Shown here: piece after piece, positions 11,300 to 21,067 of the stretch
Layout: every line of letters starts with the position of its first letter
How positions within the stretch are numbered: the first letter of the stretch is position 1
Assembly: GCA_947577025.1 (NCBI GenBank)
Contig: CANPTO010000011.1
Span: 4,798 to 68,797 of the forward strand
Source: an uncultured Clostridiaceae bacterium
GTDB taxonomy: Bacteria; Bacillota; Clostridia; TANB77; CAG-508
DNA: 64,000 nt
Direction of reading: 5' to 3'
Notes under the pieces: generated by a model
The model's database searches: none
What the model saw: only the letters and a program-made list of their open reading frames with translations
Told to the model about the DNA's origin: nothing
Translations under genes and position numbers: made by a program

Positions 11300-11869
11300 C
11301 TATTTTTCCATTTCTTCATTTGTATTTTCTTTTTGATTTTCTCTTTGTGTTTGCTTTTGTTCTTCATTCCATTTGTTTGATACTTCTTCTGTTCTTTTTC
11401 TTGCATCATCATCATACATTTCATTTCTGTATTTTTCTGAATCTGTTTTTACTATTTCTCCACTACTATTTACTACTACTTGACCTGGCTTTCCGTTTTG
11501 CTTTATTTGCCTTGCCATTTCTCCTTGTATTTCTTCATCTTTACAAATTTGTTTTCCTTTTATATACATTTTTCCATCTTCAGTAATTGTTACTTGGTCT
11601 TTAACATCTATAAAAACATCTCCATTTTTTCTTTGTATTTCAAAAGAACCTATTGGCAACTCTAGCCCTCCTACCATAAGTGATGCTTCTTTTATTGCAT
11701 ATTCTTGTGGCACTTCTTCTTGTTCTTCTACTAGTTTATAATTTTCCATTTTCCATGTATATCTATTTGCTTTTTCTAGCATTTTTGTTTCATTGCTATT
11801 TTCCTTATTTTTTATTAGGTTTCCTATTTTTTCTAGAAATCCTTTTATTATTTCTTTTATCTTTTCCAT
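11300..11869 (-). CDS. hypothetical protein
   Basis: 189-aa E/K-rich ORF with an RBS. No family recognised. Confidence 0.45.
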   Translation of the reverse strand: MEKIKEIIKGFLEKIGNLIKNKENSNETKMLEKANRYTWKMENYKLVEEQEEVPQEYAIKEASLMVGGLELPIGSFEIQRKNGDVFIDVKDQVTITEDGKMYIKGKQICKDEEIQGEMARQIKQNGKPGQVVVNSSGEIVKTDSEKYRNEMYDDDARKRTEEVSNKWNEEQKQTQRENQKENTNEEMEK

Positions 11870-11881
11870 TGTTTTCCTTTC

Positions 11882-12952
11882 TTATTGCTTATCTACTATA
11901 ATATATTCTTTACTTGATTTTGTTAAATTTTCTGATATCTCTTTTCCTATTAGTACTGTGTCTTCTATTCTTACTCCAAATTTACCTGGTATATATATTC
12001 CTGGTTCATTTGTTATTACCATTTTTTCCTTTAGGTTCATATCATTTTTTGAATTTATTATTGGTAACTCATGAATATCTAACCCTACTCCATGTCCTAA
12101 GCTATGAATTAGGTCATATCCATTTATCTTGAAGTTATTTTCTACCATTTTTGATATTGTTTTTATATTCATACCTTCTTTTAATTCTTTTTTTGTTTTT
12201 ATTTGCTCTTGTAATACTAAGTCATATACTTTTTTTGCTTCTTCTGGTATATATCCTACAAATATGGTTCTTGTCATGTCTGAACAATATCCTTCATATT
12301 TGCATCCAAAGTCTAGGGTTATTATATCTCCTAAATCTATTTTTTTGTTCGTTGGCACTGCATGTGGCTTAGATGAATTTTTACCTGAGGCTACTATTGG
12401 ATCAAATGATATTCCTTCTGCTCCATTTAGCTTAAAGTATCTTTCTATTTCTAGTGCTATTTGTTTTTCTGTTTGCCCTACTTTTATATAGTTTATTAAA
12501 TGGTTAAAGCAGTCATCTGTTATTTTACAAGCTTTTCTTAATTTTTGTATTTCTTCGTCGTCTTTTATCATTCTTTGCTTTTCTAACATTTTTTCTGTTT
12601 CTTGAAAATTGTTTACTTTGTATTTATGCATATATTCTTTATATTCTGCATATGTTACATAATCTTCTTCAAATCCTACATTTTCACAGAACATAAAGAA
12701 ATTTTCGTATTCATCTTTTGTGTATTCTTTAAATTCATGTACTACTATTCCATCATCTATTGTTAGAATATTTTGTACTTCTTCTATATACCTTCCATCT
12801 GTTAAAAATATATTTTCTTTTCTTGTTATTAGTAGTATTCCTTCTGCTACTATATTCGTTAAATACCTTATATTTACTGGGTTTGATATTATCATTCCTT
12901 CTAGATTTAGTATTTTCATCTTTTCTCTTAACCATTTTATTTTGCTATTCAT
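11882..12952 (-). CDS. M24 family Xaa-Pro aminopeptidase/dipeptidase
   Basis: 356 aa with a creatinase-like N-domain and the pita-bread metal ligands (DFGCKYEGYCSDMTRT, HSLGHGVGLDIHE, NEPGIYIPGKFGVRIED). Confidence 0.85.
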   Translation of the reverse strand: MNSKIKWLREKMKILNLEGMIISNPVNIRYLTNIVAEGILLITRKENIFLTDGRYIEEVQNILTIDDGIVVHEFKEYTKDEYENFFMFCENVGFEEDYVTYAEYKEYMHKYKVNNFQETEKMLEKQRMIKDDEEIQKLRKACKITDDCFNHLINYIKVGQTEKQIALEIERYFKLNGAEGISFDPIVASGKNSSKPHAVPTNKKIDLGDIITLDFGCKYEGYCSDMTRTIFVGYIPEEAKKVYDLVLQEQIKTKKELKEGMNIKTISKMVENNFKINGYDLIHSLGHGVGLDIHELPIINSKNDMNLKEKMVITNEPGIYIPGKFGVRIEDTVLIGKEISENLTKSSKEYIIVDKQ

Positions 12953-13003
12953 AGAAAACTCCTACTTTCTAATCTTTATTTTTATTTTATTGTTACCTTT
13001 TAT

Positions 13004-13756
13004 TTATCCTTGATACATTCCTAATGTAAATATTTTAAATAGTATTTGTAGTAATAGGTCTGATGGTATTAATATTACTATAAATGTTGCTATAACTATG
13101 AATGGTCCAAATGGTATATATTCATTAGTCTTTTTTATTTTGGTAGCTATTAGTGCTATACTTATTATTGCTGCTAATAAAAATGCTATTACTGATATTT
13201 CTATTATGTTCATCCATCCAAAATATAAACCTATTGCTCCCATAAATTTTACATCTCCAAAGCCCATTGCTTCTTTTCCTGCAATTAATCCCCCTATTAT
13301 TGTTAAGCCTAAAAATATTCCTGCTCCTACTATTCCTCCTATTATATTATCTATTGCTAAGTTTTGATTATACATTCCCTCTATAAATGTAAATATTAAA
13401 CCTGCTTCAAATATGCTTAAGTTAAGTCTATTTGGTATTATTTGGAGTTTATAGTCTATTACAAATGCTGATAATAACATTGGTGTTAATATTATGTATT
13501 TTATTAATTGTATTTTATATAATATGTTTGTTTGCCAACCTATGCAATATAATAGTAATATGTATATTATTGCTGTAGTTACTGGCAATGCAAATTTGGG
13601 TTTAATATTTTTTATATGTATACTAAAAAATTCTTTTGAGAATACTTTTTTATATTCTGGTAGCCTTATATTACACCATTGTACAAAGTTTCCTACTACT
13701 AAGCCTACTAACCCAACTAATACATAATACATTATATTTATATCATTTATATACAT
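13004..13756 (-). CDS. A24 prepilin peptidase
   Basis: 250-aa polytopic membrane protein with GFGDVKFMGAIGLYFG and a second Asp region, typical of PilD/ComC. Confidence 0.8.
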   Translation of the reverse strand: MYINDINIMYYVLVGLVGLVVGNFVQWCNIRLPEYKKVFSKEFFSIHIKNIKPKFALPVTTAIIYILLLYCIGWQTNILYKIQLIKYIILTPMLLSAFVIDYKLQIIPNRLNLSIFEAGLIFTFIEGMYNQNLAIDNIIGGIVGAGIFLGLTIIGGLIAGKEAMGFGDVKFMGAIGLYFGWMNIIEISVIAFLLAAIISIALIATKIKKTNEYIPFGPFIVIATFIVILIPSDLLLQILFKIFTLGMYQG

Positions 13757-13760
13757 CTGT

Positions 13761-14261
13761 TTACCTCTTTAATTTATTTTTTAAGTATCTTTTTATTATC
13801 ATATCTTCTAATGGTCTTTTAATTTTTGTTACTAATAAGTCCTTTTTAGCAATTGGCTTTACTAAAACTGAATATAGCTTGCATCTATTTGCACCTATAA
13901 CATCTGTAAAAATTTGATCTCCAACTGCTGCTATATTTTCTTCTTTTTCATTTAATAATTTTATTGCTTTTTTAAAACCTCTTTTAAATGGCTTTGTAGC
14001 AAAATGGAAATATGGTATATTTAGCCTACTAGCTACCATTTTTACTTTTTCTTCTTTATTGCTATTTGATAATATACAAAATTTAATTCCTTGCTTTTTT
14101 AAGTTTTCACACCAGTTTTCTATTCCTTCTGGTATTTTTTTGTTAAAGTCTAAAATGGTATTGTCTACATCTAATATTAATGCTTTTATATTATTATTTT
14201 TTAAAAATTCTATTGTTATTTCTTTAACACTATCTATATATGTTTGTGGGTAAATTAGCAT
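13761..14261 (-). CDS. YqeG-family HAD-IIIA phosphatase
   Basis: LILDVDNTIL (DxDxT), LSNSNKEE, AAVGDQIFTDVIGANR. 166 aa. Confidence 0.8.
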   Translation of the reverse strand: MLIYPQTYIDSVKEITIEFLKNNNIKALILDVDNTILDFNKKIPEGIENWCENLKKQGIKFCILSNSNKEEKVKMVASRLNIPYFHFATKPFKRGFKKAIKLLNEKEENIAAVGDQIFTDVIGANRCKLYSVLVKPIAKKDLLVTKIKRPLEDMIIKRYLKNKLKR

Positions 14262-14322
14262 TTTATTCCTCCGTATTTGTTATCACTTTTATATTAACAA
14301 TATGTGCTTTATTGGACAAGAG

Positions 14323-14387
14323 GCGCACTTTAGGGACGGTGCTTCGCTTACCTATTTCGGAACGCTAAGCACCGTCCCTAACGTGCG
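14323..14387. repeat. GC-rich palindrome of the TAGGGACGGT family
   Basis: GCGCACTTTAGGGACGGTGCTT ... AAGCACCGTCCCTAACGTGCG. Confidence 0.7.
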
Positions 14388-14403
14388 TTCTTAACAGGCG
14401 TTG

Positions 14404-15171
14404 TTATTTGCAAAATCTGTGTCTTCCTATTGTTACTGTCATTGGCCTTGACCATATCCATTTGTTGGTTGCTGTTGATGGGTTAAAGTAATATATCGCT
14501 CCATATGATGGGTCCCAGCCATTTAAGGCATCTTGTGCTGCTTTTATTGCTGTGCTATTTGGGCTTAAATTTATTTGTCCATCTCGTACTGCATCAAATG
14601 CTCCTGCTTGGTATACTACTCCTGATATAGTATTGGGAAAACTTGAGCTTTTTACACGGTTTAATACTACTGCTGCTACTGCTACTTGCCCTGTATATGG
14701 CTCTCCTCTTGCTTCTCCATATACTACTCTTGCTAATAAGTTTAAGTTACTTGAATTAGATGATGAGCCACTAGAAGATGATGATGTGTATATTCCCATT
14801 GCTCTTAATGTTGCAGGTCCTGCTATTCCATCTACTGTTAATCCATTTTTTCTTTGAAAATATTTAACTGCCGATAATGTATGACTTCCATATATTCCAT
14901 CTATATTTCCATTATAATATCCCCATCTTTTTAACTTTGTTTGTATTTGTGTTACTTCACTTCCTCTTGAACCATATTTTGATAAGGCTTGTATTTCTTG
15001 ACTTCTTACAAATACATTGTATCCTATAAATATAGTAACTAGAATTGAAATTATTATTATTGGTTTTATATTTCTCTTTATTCTAATAATCATAAAAAAC
15101 ATCTCCCTAGGTATTTTTAATAAATTTACTCTTTTGGGATTATTTTCTCCGAAAAAAATTTTTTTATTCAA
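14404..15171 (-). CDS. Spore cortex-lytic / cell-wall hydrolase (SleB/CwlJ family) with a peptidoglycan-binding domain
   Basis: PG_binding_1-like VTQIQTKLKRWGYYNGNIDGIYGSHTLSAVKYFQRKNGLTVDGIAG followed by Hydrolase_2-like ARVVYGEARGEPYTGQVAVAAVVLNRV. The true start is probably the internal Met near 15102. Confidence 0.8.
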   Translation of the reverse strand: MNKKIFFGENNPKRVNLLKIPREMFFMIIRIKRNIKPIIIISILVTIFIGYNVFVRSQEIQALSKYGSRGSEVTQIQTKLKRWGYYNGNIDGIYGSHTLSAVKYFQRKNGLTVDGIAGPATLRAMGIYTSSSSSGSSSNSSNLNLLARVVYGEARGEPYTGQVAVAAVVLNRVKSSSFPNTISGVVYQAGAFDAVRDGQINLSPNSTAIKAAQDALNGWDPSYGAIYYFNPSTATNKWIWSRPMTVTIGRHRFCK

Positions 15172-15215
15172 AAAGAACTAACGAATTACGTTAGTTCTTT
15201 TTGAAACAGTTACGT

Positions 15216-16400
15216 TTAATATGTTTTTCGTATGCATTCTAATAATGCTGTCTTTTCAGGTATAAATGTCTCATTTTTGACAATTGTTTCTATTACTCGT
15301 AAATCTGCATAATCTGATTTTAGTTCTCTTACAAACATTTTTAAAAGTACATTTGAATTTTTTGTTAGTTCTGCTGCCTTTTGGCGAATAGAGGAATACT
15401 TTGATGCTGCTAACTGTTCTATTATTTCTTCTTCTGGTTTAAAAAATGTATTATTACAAATTGCTCTCTCTACATTATCATCTCGTTCACCGCTTAATTC
15501 CTTTCTAAGCATTTCATTTAAAAGTTCTGTGTTTTTTGATAATTCCGCCGCTTTTTGGCGAAGATACCAATACGCTGATGTTCCTAACTGCTTTATTGTT
15601 TCTTCTTCTGCCTCAAAAATTTCATTCTCTAAAATTTCATTTGCTACAGGAAAATGTTTTCTATTTTTTAATTCATTTCTAAGCAGTTCATTTAAAAGTT
15701 TTGTGTCCTTGGATAATTTCGCTGCTTTTTGGCGATAGTCCATACACACTGATTCTGCTAGCTGCTTTATTGTTTCTTCTTCTGGTTCAAAAAATGTATT
15801 ATTAAAAATTGCTTCCACTACATCATAAAATCCATGTAGTTCATCGCTTAATTCCTTTCTAAGCATTTCATTTAAAAATTTTGTGTCCTTGGATAATTTC
15901 GTTGCTTCTTCACGATGAGAAGAATACGCTGATGCTGCTAACTGCTTTATTATTTCTTCTTCTGCCTCAAAAATTTTATTAGCATAAATTGCCTCTCGTA
16001 CGTAGGTACTATCTTCATTATTTAGTTCGCTTCTAATCATTTCATTTAAAAATTTTATGTCCTTGGATAATTTCGCCGCTTTTTGGCGATGTCCCCACCA
16101 ATCTGATATGGCTAACTGCATTATCGTTTCTTCTTCTGCCTCAAAAAATTCATTAGTAAAAATTGCTTTTTCTACATCACAATCTTTGTCATTGCTTATT
16201 TCATTTCTAAGCATTTCATTTAATAGCGCAGATTCAGTTGCATCTCGGGCTACCATTCGCCGAATCGAACTATAGATTGATTTACTGGCATCTTGCTTAT
16301 ATTTCTCTTTGTTTTTTTTGTATATTATTTTTTGCTTTGCCTCTTTTAAATCATTAAAACTAATTTCAATTCCTTCTACTGTTGTTATTTTTCTCATCAT
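15216..16400 (-). CDS. hypothetical tandem-repeat protein (HEAT/LRV-like helical repeats)
   Basis: 394 aa made of 5-6 repeats of about 58 aa with consensus ..FEAEEETIKQLA.S.Y...RQKAAKLSKDTKFLNEMLR.EL.. It contains an in-frame CGG (16260-16262, ATT CGG CGA) at the position of the repeat-conserved Arg. Confidence 0.55.
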   Translation of the reverse strand: MMRKITTVEGIEISFNDLKEAKQKIIYKKNKEKYKQDASKSIYSSIRRMVARDATESALLNEMLRNEISNDKDCDVEKAIFTNEFFEAEEETIMQLAISDWWGHRQKAAKLSKDIKFLNEMIRSELNNEDSTYVREAIYANKIFEAEEEIIKQLAASAYSSHREEATKLSKDTKFLNEMLRKELSDELHGFYDVVEAIFNNTFFEPEEETIKQLAESVCMDYRQKAAKLSKDTKLLNELLRNELKNRKHFPVANEILENEIFEAEEETIKQLGTSAYWYLRQKAAELSKNTELLNEMLRKELSGERDDNVERAICNNTFFKPEEEIIEQLAASKYSSIRQKAAELTKNSNVLLKMFVRELKSDYADLRVIETIVKNETFIPEKTALLECIRKTY

Positions 16401-16540
16401 TTTACCTCCTTAAATTTTAAGTCAGTTTATGGTTACTAATTATCGTTAGCATTATACAGTATTTACATAACTTTGTCAATATTAGCATAAAGTTTTTTTC
16501 TCACACTCGACATATAAGCACTATATTTTTGTGTCTATTA

Positions 16541-18005
16541 TTAATTATCAAATTTAGGCTCACATGTTAGCCTTATTCCTAAGTTTTTCATTATATTATT
16601 TTCTTCACTTGTAACTATGTATGAAGCGTGTGCTTCTAGTCCGGCTAAGTTTTTCTAGTTGTTCTATTGCTTTTTCTACACTTGCATTGTTTGCTCTACA
16701 TATACTAAGCGTTATTAGTACTTCTTGTACGTTTAAATAATAATTTTTCCTGTATGATATTTTTTGTTTTGTTTTAAATATTCCTTCTAATACTTCTGGT
16801 GATAATAGATATTGTTCATCTGGCAAACCTGCTAGTTCTTTTAATGCATTTATAAGCATTGCGCTTGAAGCACTTAATAGTTTTGATTCTTTTCCTGTTA
16901 TTATTTTTCCATTTTTTAATTGTATTGCTACTATGTTTGTTTTCTTTTCTTCTGCCTTTTTTATTGTACTACCTACTATGCTTCTTGCTTCTTTATTTAA
17001 GTTTAATTTTGTCATTAATGTAGCTATTCTTTCTCCTACTTCTTGTGGACATATTCCTTTTTTTATGTCACATTCTGCTAAGTAATATCTTCTTATAACT
17101 TCTTGGCAACCTGCTTCTTTTGCTGCTTCATCGTCTACAATACACCCTTTTATCATATTAACACCCATATCTGTTGGTGAATTATATATATTTTGTCCCA
17201 TTATGCTATTTAACATATTTTTTAGGATTGGAAATGTTGATATGTCTCTATTATAATTTACTGCTTCTATATTATATTGTTGCATATGAAATGGGTCTAT
17301 CATATTTATATCCCCAAGGTCTGCTGTTGATGCTTCATATGCTACATTTACTGGATGTAGTAACCCCATATTCCATACTGGAAATGTTTCATATTTTGCA
17401 TATCCTGCTCTTACTCCTTTTTTGTTTTCGTGGTACATTTGTGATAAACATGTTGCAAGTTTTCCACTGTTTGGTCCTGGAGCTGTTACTACTACTAATT
17501 TTTTGCTTGTTTTTATATATGGATTTTTGTCAAATCCTTCTTTGCTAAATATCTTTTCTATATCATTTGGATATCCTACTATTGGTTCAAATAGATATGG
17601 TTCTATTCCTTTATTTTTTAGATTTTCTATAAGTTTTTCTATGCCATTTTGCCCTGTGTACATATTTATTGCTACTCCACTTACCAATATGTCCATTTTT
17701 TGCATCTTTTCTATTAGTCTTATTAAGTCTTGTGCATAGTTAATTCCATAGTCTGCTCTTATTTTATTTTTTTCTATGTCATTTGCATTTATGCAAAATA
17801 TTACTTCTAAGTCATTCCTAAATTGTTTTAGTAGTTCTATTTTTGCATCTGGTTTAAACCCTGGAAGAACTCTGCTTGCATGTAAGTCATCAAATAGTTT
17901 TCCGCCAAATTCTAAGTACAGTTTATTATCAAACTTTTTTATTCTTTCTTCTATTTTCTCTTTTTGTATTTTTAAATACTTTTCATGATCAAATGCTACT
18001 TTCAT
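16541..18005 (-). CDS. UPF0371/DUF1846 family protein. The frame is broken near the 3' end at CGG 16641-16643.
   Basis: MKVAFDHEKYLKIQKEKIEERIKKFDNKLYLEFGGKLFDDLHASRVLPGF is typical of DUF1846. The 0 frame ends ..LEKLSRTRSTRFIHSYK* at 16605. Reading AGC-C-GGA CTA instead gives LEKLSGLEAHASYIVTSEENNIMKNLGIRLTCEPKFDN*, with the stop at 16541-16543. Confidence 0.78.
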
Positions 18006-18091
18006 TTTTACCTCCTTAATAAAATGGCTTATTTAAAATACTTTTTTAGTATTTATTTAAATGATATTCCTTATTTTTTATGCAATAAAAA

Positions 18092-18139
18092 ATAGATTAA
18101 AAAACTTTGCCGAAAAATTCGGTTTTTTTTTAATCTATC
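18092..18139 (-). terminator. Rho-independent terminator downstream of the surface-protein gene
   Basis: ATAGATTAAAAAAC..GCCGAAAAATTCGG..TTTTTTTAATCTAT is a nested hairpin with a T-run in minus sense. Confidence 0.55.
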
Positions 18140-18215
18140 TTTATTTTATCATTCTTTATTTTTTTATACAAGTGTTTTTTTATTTTTTCTATTAAAGATG
18201 ATACCCTTATTTTCA

Positions 18216-19034
18216 TTACTTTATTTTTCTTATCTTTCTATATATAACTAATATTGTTATTGCTGCCAATGCTATTATTGTAATACTTATTATTATAATA
18301 TTTTCATTTGTCCCTGTTTGTGGTATTTTATTTGTTGCAACTGTTTTATCTTCCTTAGCTAATGTATCTTTTATTTGTTTTTTGTTAAATTCATTTTTAT
18401 CAGGTTCTAATGTGACTGTTCTATTTTTATTATCTAAACTTGTAGATGATACAAAATTGTATTTATCCTCCTTTTTTATTAATTCTATTGCATTTGAAAA
18501 TGGCTCCTCATCTGCCTTTGCTGTTATTTCTACTTTTATTGTTCCTTTTTGTGTTTTTTCTATTTTTGTAATTTCGTGGTCACTATAATTAACTGGTCCT
18601 GTTATTGCCAAATAGTAAAATTCATTTTTATTATTTGATGTGGTTGCTTGATTTAATAGTTGTTCATAATTTTTTAGTTTTTCTACATTTACCCCTATTG
18701 TATTTTGTAAGTATTTATTTATAGCCTCTTTTGTAATTACACTTCCTTCGTCTAAATCACCTATCATCTCATATACTTCGGCATTTTGTCGTTGGTCTTG
18801 TGCTACCTTTTTCCCCCCTACTTCACTAAGCATTTCTTTTGTAATACATATATCTTCAATTTTAGAATAATTATAATAAGAAAAAATCTCATTATTTTTT
18901 ATAAATTCTAATATTTCACTTTTTTCTGTTTCAGATATTTGGGTTGCATTTGATATGTTACTTACTGATACTACCATAGTAATTATAATAAATATTATTA
19001 CTATATTTAAAAACATTTTCCTCTTTTCTTTCAT
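18216..19034 (-). CDS. Cell-wall-anchored surface protein (sortase substrate, IPQTG motif)
   Basis: N-terminal signal/TM segment. The C-terminus ..TNKIPQTGTNENIIIISITIIALAAITILVIYRKIRKIK has an LPxTG-like motif, a hydrophobic helix and a basic tail. Confidence 0.65.
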   Translation of the reverse strand: MKEKRKMFLNIVIIFIIITMVVSVSNISNATQISETEKSEILEFIKNNEIFSYYNYSKIEDICITKEMLSEVGGKKVAQDQRQNAEVYEMIGDLDEGSVITKEAINKYLQNTIGVNVEKLKNYEQLLNQATTSNNKNEFYYLAITGPVNYSDHEITKIEKTQKGTIKVEITAKADEEPFSNAIELIKKEDKYNFVSSTSLDNKNRTVTLEPDKNEFNKKQIKDTLAKEDKTVATNKIPQTGTNENIIIISITIIALAAITILVIYRKIRKIK

Positions 19035-19233
19035 TATTTTAATATAATTATAGTTATTAACAAATTTATTGTCAACTTTTTTTAATATTTTATGTGTATA
19101 AGTGTGTTATATTTTATTACAATCATGACTACCATTTCAAAAGTTGGTTTTGATTTATAATATAAATATAGCCAAGCTCTTGAAGCCCAGGTGCTCAAAA
19201 TCCCCCCTACATTAATTTGAAATTATTTAATTG

Positions 19234-19416
19234 TTACAGTTCACAGCCTGTTTGCTATACACTAGCGCGAAGGGGTTAATATATTTTATTTTTGTAATGT
19301 AGACCCGACAGCCCTTTGAGGCGGGGGAATACCCCTTGTCTTGGAGGGCGTAATGGAAAAAATAAAATATATTAACCCCTGGGAGCGGACTTTAAACGAT
19401 AAACTGTGAATTGTAA
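19234..19416. repeat. Nested inverted-repeat element upstream of deoD
   Basis: Outer arms TTACAGTTCACAG (19234-19246) / CTGTGAATTGTAA (19404-19416). Perfect inner 23-nt arms AGGGGTTAATATATTTTATTTTT (19271-19293) / its complement (19358-19380). The 64-nt core is GC-rich. Confidence 0.6.
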
Positions 19417-19515
19417 TAATTTTATTCTTTTTGTGGTATTTTTTTATTTTATTTGATATACTATTAACAAAATTAGCAAGCTTTAATGCTTGTATTATAC
19501 AAAGGAGGATTTTTT

Positions 19516-20235
19516 ATGACACCACATAATGAAGCAAAAAAAGGTGATATCGCAAATATCGTTATTATGCCTGGAGACCCACTTCGTGCAAAATATATTG
19601 CTGAAAATTTTTTAGATGATTATAGTTTAGTTAATTCTGTAAGGGGAATGTACGCTTATACTGGTAATTATAAAGGAAAAAGAATAACTGTTATGGCTTC
19701 TGGTATGGGTATGCCTAGTATGGGTATTTATTCATATGAGCTTTACAAATTTTATGATGTTCAAACTATTATTAGAATTGGCTCTTGTGGAGCATATTCT
19801 AAAGATTTAAATTTATTTGATATTGTTCTTTCTGAAAATTGCTTTACTGAAGGTAATTATGCTTTAACAATGAATAATGAAGATTGCCATATGGTTTCTT
19901 CTAATAGTGATATCAATAATATTATTAAGGAAACTGCAAAAGAAAATAATGTTAATTTATATGTTGGCAACACTGTTTGTACAGATTGTTTTGATATTTA
20001 TATGACTGATGTTAATCAGTTTTTAGATAGAATTCCTGAAAATTTTAGCCCAATTAGTGCTGAAATGGAAGCTTTTGCCCTATTCTATACAGCTAAATTA
20101 CTAAATAAAAAAGCTAGTTGTATAATGAGCGTTGTTGATTCAAAATATATTGATAAAGTTGCAACCCCTGAAGAAAGACAAACCGGACTTAATAATATGA
20201 TTAAGCTTGCTTTGGACAGTAGTTTAAAAATGTAA
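19516..20235 (+). CDS. deoD: Purine nucleoside phosphorylase, DeoD type
   Basis: MTPHNEAKKGDIANIVIMPGDPLRAKYIAENFL..SGMGMPSMGIYSYEL..SAEMEAFALFY. An AAAGGAGG RBS precedes the ATG at 19516, so the ORF-track start at 19486 is too early. Confidence 0.88.
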   Translation: MTPHNEAKKGDIANIVIMPGDPLRAKYIAENFLDDYSLVNSVRGMYAYTGNYKGKRITVMASGMGMPSMGIYSYELYKFYDVQTIIRIGSCGAYSKDLNLFDIVLSENCFTEGNYALTMNNEDCHMVSSNSDINNIIKETAKENNVNLYVGNTVCTDCFDIYMTDVNQFLDRIPENFSPISAEMEAFALFYTAKLLNKKASCIMSVVDSKYIDKVATPEERQTGLNNMIKLALDSSLKM

Positions 20236-20401
20236 GAAATTAATAAAGGTTCGATGGCTCCAAAATTTTTTCTTTCAAGGAAAATTTTGGGAGCATATCG
20301 AAAAGTTTGTGTAAACTTTAAACTTCTTATGCTAAATAAAAAAACTTAATCAGGATTTGTTCAAGATTTGGAACGTGTCAAAAACTTTACCAAATCTTGA
20401 C

Positions 20402-20522
20402 TTTTTTATATTCTTAGGAAAGTCATCCACGTTAGTGGTGAGTTTCCTTAGAAGATAGTTATGGAAGAATTAGATTTTCTTAGCGAAGAATGAGCTTAGA
20501 AAATTTTATTCTTGTTTTTTAT
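20402..20522 (+). repeat. 121-bp dispersed repeat, copy 1
   Basis: Identical base for base to 63159..63279. It contains the hairpin TTCTTAGGAAAGTCATCCACGTTAGTGGTGAGTTTCCTTAGAA. Confidence 0.85.
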
Positions 20523-20597
20523 TTTTCTATGTTAACATATTATCATATTTTAGTAACTTTTAAACATTTTGTACTCATAATGAAGGAGGATGTATTT

Positions 20598-20984
20598 ATG
20601 GCTATGTTTGCACCTTACAAATTTGTTGGCATACTAAATATGTTTGACGTTTGCCCTGATTTTGTTTATACTATCTTTGAACGGGATGGAGTTTACTATT
20701 TTCAGGATGCAGATGAAAAAAACGGAAAAATTAAAGACTTTGTTCCTGTAAAACAAGATGCAATACGTTTAGTACAGAAATTAGACAATTTTGAAGTTTC
20801 TAATATTCCTAATTGTTCATTTTGTTTAGGTTCTGATGCTTTATTAGCATTTCAATTAGATAATTCTCATCTTCAAGTAGGAACAATTACAGAATTAAAA
20901 AATTTTCTTGCAACCTACGAAACTAAAAACGACTTTTTGAAGGAAGAAATTCAAGCTTTCTTTGAAGAATGTAAAGATTTTTAA
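20598..20984 (+). CDS. hypothetical protein (128 aa)
   Basis: GAAGGAGG RBS before the ATG at 20598. The upstream part of the tracked ORF lies in a 121-bp repeat. It contains an in-frame CGG (20682-20684, GAA CGG GAT). Confidence 0.5.
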   Translation: MAMFAPYKFVGILNMFDVCPDFVYTIFERDGVYYFQDADEKNGKIKDFVPVKQDAIRLVQKLDNFEVSNIPNCSFCLGSDALLAFQLDNSHLQVGTITELKNFLATYETKNDFLKEEIQAFFEECKDF

Positions 20985-21007
20985 TTTATGAAAAATTTGT
21001 GAAAGAT

Positions 21008-21057
21008 TTAAGACGTATTTAAAGTTTCTTTTTTGAAACTTTTGATACGTCTTAAGT
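21008..21057. terminator. Bidirectional terminator hairpin between convergent genes
   Basis: TTAAGACGTATTTAAAGTTTC-TTTTT-GAAACTTTTGATACGTCTTAA lies between the + ORF ending at 20984 and greA ending at 21068. Confidence 0.6.
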
Positions 21058-21067
21058 TAATTTTTTC

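Noticed and set aside
19150-19485. A purine riboswitch upstream of deoD.
   Set aside because: The conserved purine-riboswitch loops and junction sequence are not present. The region is instead a nested inverted repeat.
20490-20597. ORF starts reading MSLENFILVFY at 20490 and at 63247.
   Set aside because: Both arise from the identical 121-bp non-coding repeat. The downstream sequences differ, and the second ORF is antisense to the YnbB-like gene.
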